A stretch of DNA of 64,000 bases from positions 192,001-256,000 of the forward strand of contig CAVYRJ010000008.1 in the NCBI GenBank assembly GCA_963770935.1. The letters run 5' to 3'. The position numbers were made by a program, and so were the translations under genes. This stretch comes from Candidatus Bathyarchaeota archaeon. Its GTDB lineage: Archaea > Thermoproteota > Bathyarchaeia > Bathyarchaeales > Bathycorpusculaceae. Below the pieces are notes generated by a model that had not been told where the DNA came from, ran no database searches, and saw only the letters and a program-made list of their open reading frames with translations. Every line of letters starts with the position of its first letter. The first letter of the stretch is position 1. Of the stretch, positions 1 through 9,078 are shown piece by piece.

Positions 1-1327
1 TGACCTGTGTACGGTATAAGTCCCATTCGTGGCGTTTCTCTTTAAGGAAGTTCTCGAATGTTACTGGACCGAGGGTTTCACGCATCAAGTCGCTGGTCTC
101 CAGTTCGTCGAGCGCTTCTTTGAGGTTCTCAGGCAAGGAGACTATGCCGCGTTCTTTGCGTTCTTCATAGGTCATGTGGTAAACATTGAGTTCAACTGGG
201 TCGCCTGGGTCAATCTTGTTTTTTATGCCATCTAAGCCGGTTGCCAGTAGCACTGCGAATTGTAAATATGGGTTGCCTGCACCGTCTGGGCATCGGATTT
301 CGCATCTTGCAGCGTTCTTTCTACCACCGAAGTTGGGTACACGGATGAGCGGGCTGCGGTTTTTGTGTGCCCATGCAAGGTAAACTGGAGCTTCGTACCC
401 GGGGACTAAACGTTTGTAGCTGTTTGGCCACGAGTTGAGGACGGCCGCCATTTTACGTCCGTGTGCGAGTTGTCCACCGATGTAGTTTCTGGCTAGATCG
501 GAGAGGTAGCCGTTTTTGGCGTCGTCTGCATAGAAGAGGTTTTGTGTGTTGTCTTTGTTCCAGAGGCTCATGTGACAGTGCATGCCGCTTCCGTTGATGC
601 CTTGGAAGGGTTTAGGCATGTAAGTTGTAACGTAGCCTGCGCGCGCTGCAACAACTTTGCCGCACATTCTCATGGTTATAGCGCGGTCAGCGGTAACTAA
701 TGCTTCCCCATATTTGAAGTCAATTTCGTTCTGTCCTAACGCGACTTCGTGGTGGCTAATTTCAATTTCTATGCCGAAAGCTTCAGCTGTATCTGCGATC
801 TCTCGGCGAAGATCGTCGGTAAGGTCACTGGGGTGGAAATCGAAATATCCAGCTAGGTCAATTGGTGTTGGTAAACCGCCGGTTTCGCTTTCTTTGACTA
901 TGAAGAACTCTAATTCAGGTGCACAGATGAAGGTGTAACCTGCTTTAGAGGCTTTTTCAACTGCTCGCTCTAAAATGTATCTTGGATCACCTTCGAAACG
1001 TTTGTTTTGCGGGGTGTAAACATCACAGATCAATCTGCAGGAGGATTTTTCTTTTGGCCTCCACGGTAAAATGGCGAACGTGGTTGGGTCAGGGTAAAGA
1101 ACCATGTCTGATTCTTCGATAGGTCTGTAGCCGGTGATTGATGAACCGTCGAAGGATTGGCCGTTTTCAAAGATGCTTTCGATGTTTTTGGAGCTTACGG
1201 CTAAGTTTTTGAGCATACCGTTTATGTCTGTGAATTGTAGTCTAACAAATTTGATGTCGTTTTCTTGGATTTGTTGGACTACTTTTGTAACTTGTTCTTT
1301 CCACGCGGGGTTTTTAAAATTTTTCAT
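1..1327 (-). CDS. glnA: Glutamine synthetase type I (3' end runs off the window)
   Basis: Not in the ORF track; translated by hand from ATG 1327: MKNFKNPAWKEQV...IKFVRLQFTDINGMLK...GQSFDGSSITGYRPIEESDM; also HHEVALGQNEI and GINGSGMHCH; the frame at the window edge (LKEKRHEWDLYRTQV) matches the start frame. Confidence 0.95.
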   Translation of the reverse strand, partial: MKNFKNPAWKEQVTKVVQQIQENDIKFVRLQFTDINGMLKNLAVSSKNIESIFENGQSFDGSSITGYRPIEESDMVLYPDPTTFAILPWRPKEKSSCRLICDVYTPQNKRFEGDPRYILERAVEKASKAGYTFICAPELEFFIVKESETGGLPTPIDLAGYFDFHPSDLTDDLRREIADTAEAFGIEIEISHHEVALGQNEIDFKYGEALVTADRAITMRMCGKVVAARAGYVTTYMPKPFQGINGSGMHCHMSLWNKDNTQNLFYADDAKNGYLSDLARNYIGGQLAHGRKMAAVLNSWPNSYKRLVPGYEAPVYLAWAHKNRSPLIRVPNFGGRKNAARCEIRCPDGAGNPYLQFAVLLATGLDGIKNKIDPGDPVELNVYHMTYEERKERGIVSLPENLKEALDELETSDLMRETLGPVTFENFLKEKRHEWDLYRTQV

Positions 1328-1546
1328 TTTCTAGTTTTCTCTCCTTGAAAGACTTGGCTTTTGCTCTCCATATGTTATGGAAATCAGATTAAACGTAAAC
1401 ATATTTAAGTTTATCGCTTCAAAGTTATCGATAAATGTCCAGTATCTTAACGAATTATTGAAATAGTGTTCCAAGCCTGTTTGCTTTCGGCGTGGAAAAA
1501 AATGCTCAAAACCCCTTCTCAACTAGTCAAATAATCAAAAAAACCT

Positions 1547-2023
1547 TCAATAGCGCTCTCTACGCAGAAAATCGCCCACATCAGAAACGTTTCTAACCGC
1601 AATTTGATTGTTCCCTTCGTCATCGTTCAGGTTTTCAACAATTCTGCCAAAACCTAAACATTCGCCAAACTCGTTAAGAACCAAAGCATTAGTATTTTTC
1701 TTACTTGCACCTTGAACACGCATAATGCTTTTCCCCAAAATATCTCTGCCACAAATAAAAAGCCAAGCCGCCTTCCTATCAACGACAACTCGGTTAGCAC
1801 CCATCTTGGCAAGCATAACGAGTAAATTAAAGCTTGGAAAAAACTTTCCTTCCTTAGCTTTCCCCAAATAAACTCCAACGTAAAAGAAATCCGGCCGAAC
1901 CAACAGCTTCAATACTGGATTCACAAGGTAATATCGTCCATTCTTCTCAACTATCAAATCCAAGTTCAAGGCAATTTGGACTCCTAATTGAACTGCAAAG
2001 TTTGTTATTGGTTTCGGGTTCAA
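1547..2023 (-). CDS. NIP7-like / PUA-domain RNA-binding protein (partner of the upstream m5C methyltransferase)
   Basis: VVVDRKAAWLFICGRDI, VLNEFGECLGFG, DVGDFLRRE are PUA/NIP7-like; TTG at 2023 overlaps the upstream TGA (ORF track extends to 2053). Confidence 0.7.
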   Translation of the reverse strand: MNPKPITNFAVQLGVQIALNLDLIVEKNGRYYLVNPVLKLLVRPDFFYVGVYLGKAKEGKFFPSFNLLVMLAKMGANRVVVDRKAAWLFICGRDILGKSIMRVQGASKKNTNALVLNEFGECLGFGRIVENLNDDEGNNQIAVRNVSDVGDFLRRERY

Positions 2024-2913
2024 GGCTTGGGACTCCGTTTTTTTAGTTTGCAAACGAAAAACCCTTGGGTTTCACCGGGCCATAGCCGTCTGCATCGCTT
2101 TATCGTTGGGTCTAGCTGTTTGCCGAATATGTTGGTTATTCCTTTTTCTCCATAGCAATAGGTTTCTTCAATTTGCAGGTTTAGATTTTTTATAGCCCAA
2201 TCGATGTTCAATTCGTCTTCTTCAGGTTCAAGCGAACATGTGGAATAAACAATTTCGCCCTCATCACTTACGCATTCAGCTGTTTTAGAGAGAATTTCCC
2301 GTTGAAGATCCGCATTGCGCTCCACATCTTTTAGGGTTCGGTTTTTAAACCAGTCCCGGTCTGATGCAAAGTTGCCCGAGCAAGGAGCATCCACTATTAT
2401 CCTATCAAACTTGACGTTTAAATTCGCCGCCTGCCTTGCATCCAACAAGTAAACTACTGTGTTGCTAACGTGGCAGCGTTCCAAATGGTTACTCAACGCA
2501 TTCAACCGCCTTTTATCCACATCCAAAGCTATGATGCCGCCAGTATTATCCATCAAATCTGCTAATTGCACAGTTTTGCCTCCAGGCGCCGCTGCTGCAT
2601 CGAGCACTTTTTTACCTTTTAAGTGAGTAAATAGTGAAACTGGGATTTGGGCGGCTGCTTCCTGTATTGAATATAAGCCTAGCAGGTATTCGGCGGTTGC
2701 ACCTGCGGAAACTTTCGAGTCAAGTACCCAATAACCTGAGTCGAGGAAAGGGATTTTTTGCAGGTGAACTCCTAAGTCTTCAAGTCTTGGGAGGAGTTTT
2801 TTTCCTTTTGCGTTAGTATTGTTGATACGGATGGTTTGTTTTAATGTTACCTCCCGGTATTCCCAACCCAGCCGTTTATAGCGGCTTGTAAAAAATTCTT
2901 TGCCCGACATCAA
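2020..2913 (-). CDS. RsmB/NOP2 family RNA m5C methyltransferase
   Basis: VLDAAAAPGGKT, IVDAPCSG and VYSTCSLEPEEDE motifs. Confidence 0.93.
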   Translation of the reverse strand: MMSGKEFFTSRYKRLGWEYREVTLKQTIRINNTNAKGKKLLPRLEDLGVHLQKIPFLDSGYWVLDSKVSAGATAEYLLGLYSIQEAAAQIPVSLFTHLKGKKVLDAAAAPGGKTVQLADLMDNTGGIIALDVDKRRLNALSNHLERCHVSNTVVYLLDARQAANLNVKFDRIIVDAPCSGNFASDRDWFKNRTLKDVERNADLQREILSKTAECVSDEGEIVYSTCSLEPEEDELNIDWAIKNLNLQIEETYCYGEKGITNIFGKQLDPTIKRCRRLWPGETQGFFVCKLKKRSPKP

Positions 2914-3110
2914 GCAAAAATACTAAGCCACTGATAAAAACTTTTCAAAATAAATTCTTCTGTTCAGAATGCTTTGATTTCTATCAAGAAGCTCCATTTG
3001 ACCAGATAAAGCACTGATGGCAAAATTTTTGCCTATTCCAGTGGATCAAATTTTTTTACCAGAGGATAAAGTTCATTTCCAATAGATTTTGGAAAAAGTT
3101 TGGTTTAGCG

Positions 3111-5993
3111 TTATTCGATGTAGATTGCAGGTTGATAGGGCAGTGCCATCGCTGCACGGTTCTTGGGGTCAATGCGGTTATTATCGTCCTCGCTGAAAAC
3201 AGATACTTCTGCGTTGAAACGTTGCCTAAAAAAACCTGCTGTAGAAGCCAAAATCGACAGTTCGTCCATTGCTTTGATTTTTTGCATGTTGACTTTGCGT
3301 TCGCCAGAAACCTTTGTTAAAGATTTAATAATTCTTGGAACCATGCCTGCAATATTTTTCATATACGGCTTTAGATCTTTGTCCGCAGCGAAATCCTTCA
3401 TTAGCTCACTGATTTTTGTTTCGCCGGCAATTGTTTTTTCAAGGATTTTTAGGTAAACTTTCCATTTCGATGGTGCCGCAGTGTAGTAGCAGATGCGTTT
3501 TGGCGTTATCTTCGTAGCTTTTATGATGTTTGTTGTGTCGTTGATTATATCGGTGATTAGAGTTTCTTGTTCCTCAGCGGCAATATCAATCTTGCTTATG
3601 TCAAAGACTGGCCATTTTGCAACGCTTATGAATCCTTCTTCTCCAGTTTGGCTCCAAAGCTCCTCACAGAGAAAAGGCGCGAAAGGCGAAAGCATCTTTA
3701 ACCATACTTTCACCGCATCACTCAGAGCTTTGGCCTCTGTGTTGCCTTTCCGTTGAATATACCAGCGCAGATCATTCCAAGTCTCAAACAACGCAACCTG
3801 CAATGCAGTTCGGGTTTTAAGTTCATCTAAGTTTGCTGTGACTTCTTTTATTCGACATTGAAGCTTACTAGTAAGCCACCGTTCCAAGGCTGTGTTTTCT
3901 TGGTTTTTGGCAGAGGCAATTATGCCGCTTGCAAATCCAACTAAAGCTTCAAACTTGGTTTGGAGGTCACTTACGTTTTCAGCGCGCCAATCAGGATCAT
4001 CCATGCCCTCAGCACCCAACAACAAACCACATCTTGTTGCGTCGGCGCCATATTTTTCGACAGCTCCCTTCACGGTTATGAAATTGCCTTTGCTTTTGTG
4101 CATTCCTTGTCCTTCGATCATAAGCATGCCGTTAACGCCGATGGCTTTAGGCCAATGTTCTGGTGGAAAGAGCGCGGCATGATGGAAGATACAGAATGAG
4201 AGATGATTTGGTACGAGTTCTTTAGCGGAATTCCTCAAATCAAATGGGTACCAGTACAGGAATTCAGATCGCATTGCATTGAGCAAGGTAGCACTTAATC
4301 CAGTAGTGATTCCAAGTTCAGTTGCATCGCCTTTACCATAGAAAAGAAAATCGAAAACTTCAGGTGTCAACGCTTCAGCGTTAACGTTATTCTGTTTTAT
4401 GTGTTTGTTTACGGTATAGAATGCCATATAGACCGTTGAGTCACTTAATGTTTCGATTATCCAGCCTTTCCCCCAGGGCAGCGGGGTTCCAAAACCAGTT
4501 GTTCTTGCACAAGCCCACTCGCGAAGCCAATCTATAACTGTGTAGAAATTTTGCTTTGCTGAATTGGGATAAATTGTCATTTGAGCGACGACTTGTTTGG
4601 CTTTCTCCTTCCATTGTGGCTCTGAATAGTTTAGGAACCATTGATCAGAGAGGATTTTTACTAAACACTGCGTCATGCACCGGCAAACGACAGGTTCAGC
4701 TAAATCGTACATGGAATCTGCAGCGCCAAGTTTGCGGAAATCAGTTATCAATATGTCTTTGGCTTCGCGGACAGTTTTTCCTGCATATGGTCCGCAGTTT
4801 GCCTTCAGGATGCCACTATGGAATTCTTTTTTGTACAGTTCTTTTGTGGCTTGTTCACCTTTGGGGTCGTTTTGGTCTTTTATGCCCATTTTCTCGACTA
4901 TTTCAACTGCTGGAAACTCACCAAAGCCCTCGACTTTAATGATCGAAATTGGCTTAATTTGCAGTACTGCAGCTGGATCCATGTCGAACTGTGCAAGGAC
5001 TTCTGGTTTTTGCTGCAGATCGCGCAGTGCTAGCCAATCGTATGGTGCGTGGGCTGGAACGCTGTAAACAACGCCTGTGGCGGTTTTGGGGTCAACAAAC
5101 CAGCCGGGTAAAATTGGAAACTTTAGTTTTGTGATAGGATTCTCAAACCATTTGCCAATGAGTTCTTTGCCTTGGAAGTTGCGCTTTACTTCAACTTTTC
5201 TTTCCTGCTCTTTTAGCTTCTCTGATGCTTCTTGGCTAATTATCCAGTTTTCGCCATTAACGGTTGCTTCCACATAGGTAACGTCAGGGTTAATCCATAT
5301 GTTAGTTACACCATAGATTGTTTCAGGGCGGAAAGTTGCCGCGGGCAGAAACGTTTTTTCATCTAGCTTATACTTTATCAATGTATATTCTTCTGCGGTG
5401 ACGCCTTCGCCGCTTTGACGGTCATGGTCACCTGTGGGGCTCTTATCTTTGGGACACCAAACTACTGGGTGCGTACCACGTGTAACATAACCTTTTTCTT
5501 TAAGGTTCTTGTATTGCCACTCGATGAATTTTTGGTAAGTGGGCATCACTGTTGTGAATTCACGTCGCCAATCCACTGAGAAACCGATGCTTTTAGCGGC
5601 TAAGCGACCTTCGTTAGTGTAGTATTGAGCCATATAGATCGGGTCAACGAATTTCTTGAGTTCTTCTTCAGGCACCCCATCGACCTCTCTTAGGACTTTA
5701 ATATATGCTTCATCACCCCGAGCCACACGTTGGCTTGCTCCAAGCAGCGGTTGACCAGTCCAGTGCCAACCCCAAGGCCAAAGCACATTATAACCCTGCA
5801 TACGCTTAAACCGAGCATAAGCATCCACACGAGAAGCGGAGAAAGCATGCCCAACATGAAGTGGACCATTCATGTACGGATATGGAAAAGTCACCATCTT
5901 TTTCTGCCTGTTCGGATCAGGGTCAGCCTCGAAAACATGGGCGTTTTCCCATTTGGCTTGCCATTTCTGCTCGAATTGCTTGGTTTGGCTCAT
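3111..5993 (-). CDS. leuS: Leucine--tRNA ligase, archaeal type
   Basis: TFPYPYMNGPLHVGH (HIGH), GMHKSKGN (KMSKS-like), ATFRPET editing domain, 960 aa. Confidence 0.97.
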   Translation of the reverse strand: MSQTKQFEQKWQAKWENAHVFEADPDPNRQKKMVTFPYPYMNGPLHVGHAFSASRVDAYARFKRMQGYNVLWPWGWHWTGQPLLGASQRVARGDEAYIKVLREVDGVPEEELKKFVDPIYMAQYYTNEGRLAAKSIGFSVDWRREFTTVMPTYQKFIEWQYKNLKEKGYVTRGTHPVVWCPKDKSPTGDHDRQSGEGVTAEEYTLIKYKLDEKTFLPAATFRPETIYGVTNIWINPDVTYVEATVNGENWIISQEASEKLKEQERKVEVKRNFQGKELIGKWFENPITKLKFPILPGWFVDPKTATGVVYSVPAHAPYDWLALRDLQQKPEVLAQFDMDPAAVLQIKPISIIKVEGFGEFPAVEIVEKMGIKDQNDPKGEQATKELYKKEFHSGILKANCGPYAGKTVREAKDILITDFRKLGAADSMYDLAEPVVCRCMTQCLVKILSDQWFLNYSEPQWKEKAKQVVAQMTIYPNSAKQNFYTVIDWLREWACARTTGFGTPLPWGKGWIIETLSDSTVYMAFYTVNKHIKQNNVNAEALTPEVFDFLFYGKGDATELGITTGLSATLLNAMRSEFLYWYPFDLRNSAKELVPNHLSFCIFHHAALFPPEHWPKAIGVNGMLMIEGQGMHKSKGNFITVKGAVEKYGADATRCGLLLGAEGMDDPDWRAENVSDLQTKFEALVGFASGIIASAKNQENTALERWLTSKLQCRIKEVTANLDELKTRTALQVALFETWNDLRWYIQRKGNTEAKALSDAVKVWLKMLSPFAPFLCEELWSQTGEEGFISVAKWPVFDISKIDIAAEEQETLITDIINDTTNIIKATKITPKRICYYTAAPSKWKVYLKILEKTIAGETKISELMKDFAADKDLKPYMKNIAGMVPRIIKSLTKVSGERKVNMQKIKAMDELSILASTAGFFRQRFNAEVSVFSEDDNNRIDPKNRAAMALPYQPAIYIE

Positions 5994-6100
5994 GAAACCT
6001 TCTGATTAAAGCTTTAGCTATTAAGAGTTTTTCTTGCGTGCATGGTCAAGTGACCTAAAAATACAAATACAAAGACAAACAAAAGGTGCATCGATCACAC

Positions 6101-7099
6101 ATGTCCACCGACGAGGAGTTAATGCAGGAAGTTCAGACCTTTCTAGTTGAGCGCTCAAAAAAGGCCATTTTCTTGGCGAGGGAAGCTATCTTTAAAGAAC
6201 AAATTAAGTACACGCCCCTCCTTGAAGCCCTCACTTATTTTATGCAGGAAGTATGGACAAATGCAGCTCCTCACCCAACTCTTTTGTCCTTAACCTGTGA
6301 AGCAGTCGGGGGAAACCCTGATGCAATAATTGAAATAAGTGCAGCAATGGTGCTGTTGACTGGTGCAGCAGATATCCACGATGACATTATCGACCAATCA
6401 ATAACAAAAGATTCTAAACCTACAGTTTACGGCAAATACGGCAAAGACATTGCAGTCATAGCAGGAGATGTATTGTGGTTCAAAGGCATAATGATGTTAA
6501 ACGAGGCGTGTGAATCGTTCCAAAAAAATAAAAGATATGAAATTCTTGAGATAGCAAAGCAATCCTTCTTTGATATTGGTAGTGCAGAAGCCAACGAAGC
6601 AAATCAAAGAAGAAACCTTGATCTGCAACCTCAGAAATCTCTAGAAATTATTAGAATGAAGGCTTCAGTTGCGGGGGCAGCGGCCAAGATTGGTGCTATT
6701 GTTGGAGGTGGAACCGAGGAAGAAGTTAAAAGCCTAGGCGACTTTGGAGATAACTTGGGATTTCTGATGACTATCCGTGACGAATTTGTAGATGTTTTTG
6801 AGGCAGATGAGTTGAAGAACAGGTTTACTAATGAGTGTTTGCCGCTTCCTATTTTGTACGCTTTCCAAAACATAGTCTTAAAAAGACAAATTTTGGATAT
6901 ACTTAAACAGGCAGACATTAAAGAATCTGATTCAGAAAAAATTGCGGAACTAGTCATTAACTCCCCTCAATTACATAAGCTTACAGGTATCATGAAATCA
7001 TCAATGAAAATAGCTACCGAGAGTTTAACAAATATGAAAAAGAACAAAAATATATTTAATCAATTATTGAAGTCTGCGCTACAAGATTTGCCTTCTTAA
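6101..7099 (+). CDS. Isoprenyl diphosphate synthase-fold (polyprenyl synthetase family) protein A with degenerate motifs; candidate ComQ-like peptide Trp-prenyltransferase
   Basis: First Asp-rich motif IHDDIID and AVIAGD intact; no GKRxR, no RR after DDxxD (QSITKDSKPT), GQxxD replaced by AEANE, second motif RDEFVD. ATG at 6101 preferred over GTG 6086. Confidence 0.85.
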   Translation: MSTDEELMQEVQTFLVERSKKAIFLAREAIFKEQIKYTPLLEALTYFMQEVWTNAAPHPTLLSLTCEAVGGNPDAIIEISAAMVLLTGAADIHDDIIDQSITKDSKPTVYGKYGKDIAVIAGDVLWFKGIMMLNEACESFQKNKRYEILEIAKQSFFDIGSAEANEANQRRNLDLQPQKSLEIIRMKASVAGAAAKIGAIVGGGTEEEVKSLGDFGDNLGFLMTIRDEFVDVFEADELKNRFTNECLPLPILYAFQNIVLKRQILDILKQADIKESDSEKIAELVINSPQLHKLTGIMKSSMKIATESLTNMKKNKNIFNQLLKSALQDLPS

Positions 7100-7100
7100 A

Positions 7101-7119
7101 ATAAATAAAGAAAAAAAAG
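7101..7119 (-). terminator. Oligo(T) archaeal terminator for the minus-strand micro-peptide gene
   Basis: Minus strand reads TTTTTTTTCTTTATTTAT a few nt after the peptide stop at 7128. Confidence 0.5.
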
Positions 7120-7127
7120 TTAAGAAT

Positions 7128-7169
7128 TTACCACCAGTACATTCTTACAGGTCTAATTGGTTTTTTCGT
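7128..7169 (-). CDS. Micro-peptide A, (M)KKPIRPVRMYWW, 13 aa; candidate precursor with ACG at the start position
   Basis: Minus strand: CAGGAGG AAAGGAAT ACG AAA AAA CCA ATT AGA CCT GTA AGA ATG TAC TGG TGG TAA. Strong SD 8 nt before ACG, upstream TATA-like box, downstream T-run; resembles peptide B. Confidence 0.55.
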   Translation of the reverse strand, partial: TKKPIRPVRMYWW

Positions 7170-7176
7170 ATTCCTT

Positions 7177-7222
7177 TCCTCCTGTATTGTTGTTGAACGT
7201 ATAAACTTTAAAAGGTTTGCGG
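7177..7222 (-). promoter_or_regulatory. BRE/TATA-like promoter and SD of micro-peptide A
   Basis: Minus strand CCGCAAACCTTTTAAAG (TATA ~7206-7213), then about 25 nt to ACAGGAGG. Confidence 0.5.
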
Positions 7223-7340
7223 TAACTAGCCTCTATGTCAAGACATTTATCAATATTAGCAATCTTGTTTATTACTACTCAAAGCTTATCTTAACCGAAA
7301 TCTCAAATACTTTCTAACTGAACTCGCACGATAGAATTTA

Positions 7341-8666
7341 GTGTTAATCATGGGTAAAACTGGAAAACTCACAATGGATTTGCGCCTAACTCTAGGAAGT
7401 GCCTTTTTAATCGTAAATGCGCTCGTTTGGTATAGTGTTGCAACTAATATTTTGCCATCTATAATAATGAAAGACTCACAAAGTCTATTGTTATGGAGTT
7501 TTCATTTTGTTGCACTAATTATTTCAATTTTTATCGGTATCCTGTTGACTAAAAAAATTGGCACCCGATTCTTGCTTTTGATATGGACGAGTATTGGAAT
7601 TTTTTCTCCTCTAACTTTGTTTGCTATCGATAGTGAAGGTATTCCGCCCTTAGCTATGGTACTTTTCGGTGTATCTCTTGGGTTGGGTATACCGAGTTGC
7701 ATGGCTTACTTTTCTAGATCTACTCAGGCTAACAATCGGGGAAAATTCGCCGGTTTGATAATGCTATTAATTGGCATATTTAGTGTTTTACTGATTGTAT
7801 TAAGTGCAAATAAAATAGAGCCAACAGCCATTATTTTGATGATCTGGCGAACATTTGGGCTGCTATTTTTTCTTGTCCCAAATATAAAGCAACCTATAAT
7901 ACCTGATAAGCACTCAGTATCATTTTCTTTTGTTCTGAAACAAAGGTCCTTCATCTTATACTTGATTCCATGGCTGATGTTTTCTTTAGTTGGTTATCTA
8001 AGTGTGCCTGTGCAGGAAAGCGTTTTAGCGCAACAAGAAATTAATATTCTCAGGCTTGCCGAAAGTATTATTGGAAGTGTTTTTTCCGTAATTACTGGAT
8101 TGCTGATAGGTGTTGTGGGCAGGAAACGTATTGCAATTATTGCATTTGTTTTGGTTGGGATCGAGTTTGCGATTTTAGGAATGTATCCAGACCAAATGGC
8201 AGGATGGATGATCTATACAGTACTTAACGGGGCAGCATGGGGAACGTTCTATGTTCTGTTTGTAATGTCAATTTGGGGAGATTTGAGCCAAAATACTTCG
8301 ATAGAAAAGTACTATGCCCTTGGAATCATTCCGTTCTTTATATCCAAGTATTTGTCGCTAGTGCTAGGAGAAAATGTAGCTGCTGCAGTTTCTGTAAACA
8401 CTTTATTTTCATTCACTGCGTTTTTCCTTTTTCTAGCTGTTTTGCCCTTGGTTTATGCGCCTGAGACTTTGCCTGAAAAAGTCATGAAGGATAGGGATCT
8501 TAAAAGTTACATCGAGAACGCAAAAAAGAAAGCCCAAAAAGATGCTGATAAAGCAGCTAATAACAAAGAGAAAAAATTGAAAAAAGTGTCCGAGGAGAAA
8601 ACTCAAGATGCCAAACCTGATAAGGCCTATGAAGAAGCAAAAAGACTTGCAGAAAAATACTACTAA
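7341..8666 (+). CDS. MFS-type transporter A with charged C-terminal tail
   Basis: About 12 hydrophobic segments, GRKR loop motif, APETLPEK after the last helix, tail YEEAKRLAEKYY. Confidence 0.85.
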   Translation: MLIMGKTGKLTMDLRLTLGSAFLIVNALVWYSVATNILPSIIMKDSQSLLLWSFHFVALIISIFIGILLTKKIGTRFLLLIWTSIGIFSPLTLFAIDSEGIPPLAMVLFGVSLGLGIPSCMAYFSRSTQANNRGKFAGLIMLLIGIFSVLLIVLSANKIEPTAIILMIWRTFGLLFFLVPNIKQPIIPDKHSVSFSFVLKQRSFILYLIPWLMFSLVGYLSVPVQESVLAQQEINILRLAESIIGSVFSVITGLLIGVVGRKRIAIIAFVLVGIEFAILGMYPDQMAGWMIYTVLNGAAWGTFYVLFVMSIWGDLSQNTSIEKYYALGIIPFFISKYLSLVLGENVAAAVSVNTLFSFTAFFLFLAVLPLVYAPETLPEKVMKDRDLKSYIENAKKKAQKDADKAANNKEKKLKKVSEEKTQDAKPDKAYEEAKRLAEKYY

Positions 8667-8870
8667 AACGTGGATGATGATTTCACGGAGATTTGTTGGG
8701 GCAAAATAGAATTGAACATGTACCTGCGGCTGTTTGGATTTAATCAATAATCTTTCTTCTTAATGATGAATCCCCAGCTAAAGCTAAATAATCAAGTATT
8801 TTTGTTGTATTGCTGTTCTACTGTTGTTTTGTTGGATAACTATCTCAAAACCGAATGTTTTGGTGTGTAC

Positions 8871-8917
8871 TTATATATTACGAGTCACGACTTGTTTCAT
8901 AAGGGTAAGAGGTGAAA
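8871..8917 (+). promoter_or_regulatory. TATA box and SD of micro-peptide B
   Basis: TTATATAT at 8871-8878; GAGGTGA at 8909-8915, 5 nt before ATG 8921. Confidence 0.6.
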
Positions 8918-8920
8918 TAC

Positions 8921-8974
8921 ATGAAACAAAAACAAGCAATCCGAGCTAAACCCATAAATTGGGGTGGATGGTAA
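8921..8974 (+). CDS. Micro-peptide B, MKQKQAIRAKPINWGGW, 17 aa; candidate ComX-like precursor
   Basis: Canonical archaeal SD GAGGTGA, ATG, own TATA box; lies directly upstream of prenyltransferase B; Trp at -4 and -1. Confidence 0.75.
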   Translation: MKQKQAIRAKPINWGGW

Positions 8975-9078
8975 AAAAATCCAGTGCTGAAAAGAAACTT
9001 TCTCACACCAAATTTTGATTTTGAATCTTAATTTTAAAATCTTAACTTACAAATAGTGAAGGTTCTGATTTTACCTGT

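Noticed and set aside
29-1334. Plus-strand ORFs of 65-93 aa
   Set aside because: Antisense shadows of glnA, which the ORF track missed because it has no stop in the window.
7128-7232. Longer 34-codon reading of peptide A, or a 4-aa MYWW from the internal ATG
   Set aside because: The longer frame has no start codon and runs through the TATA box; the internal ATG is about 35 nt from the SD.
8670-8915. Other short ORFs between MFS A and peptide B
   Set aside because: No SD, no similarity to the peptides, and they overlap promoter elements.
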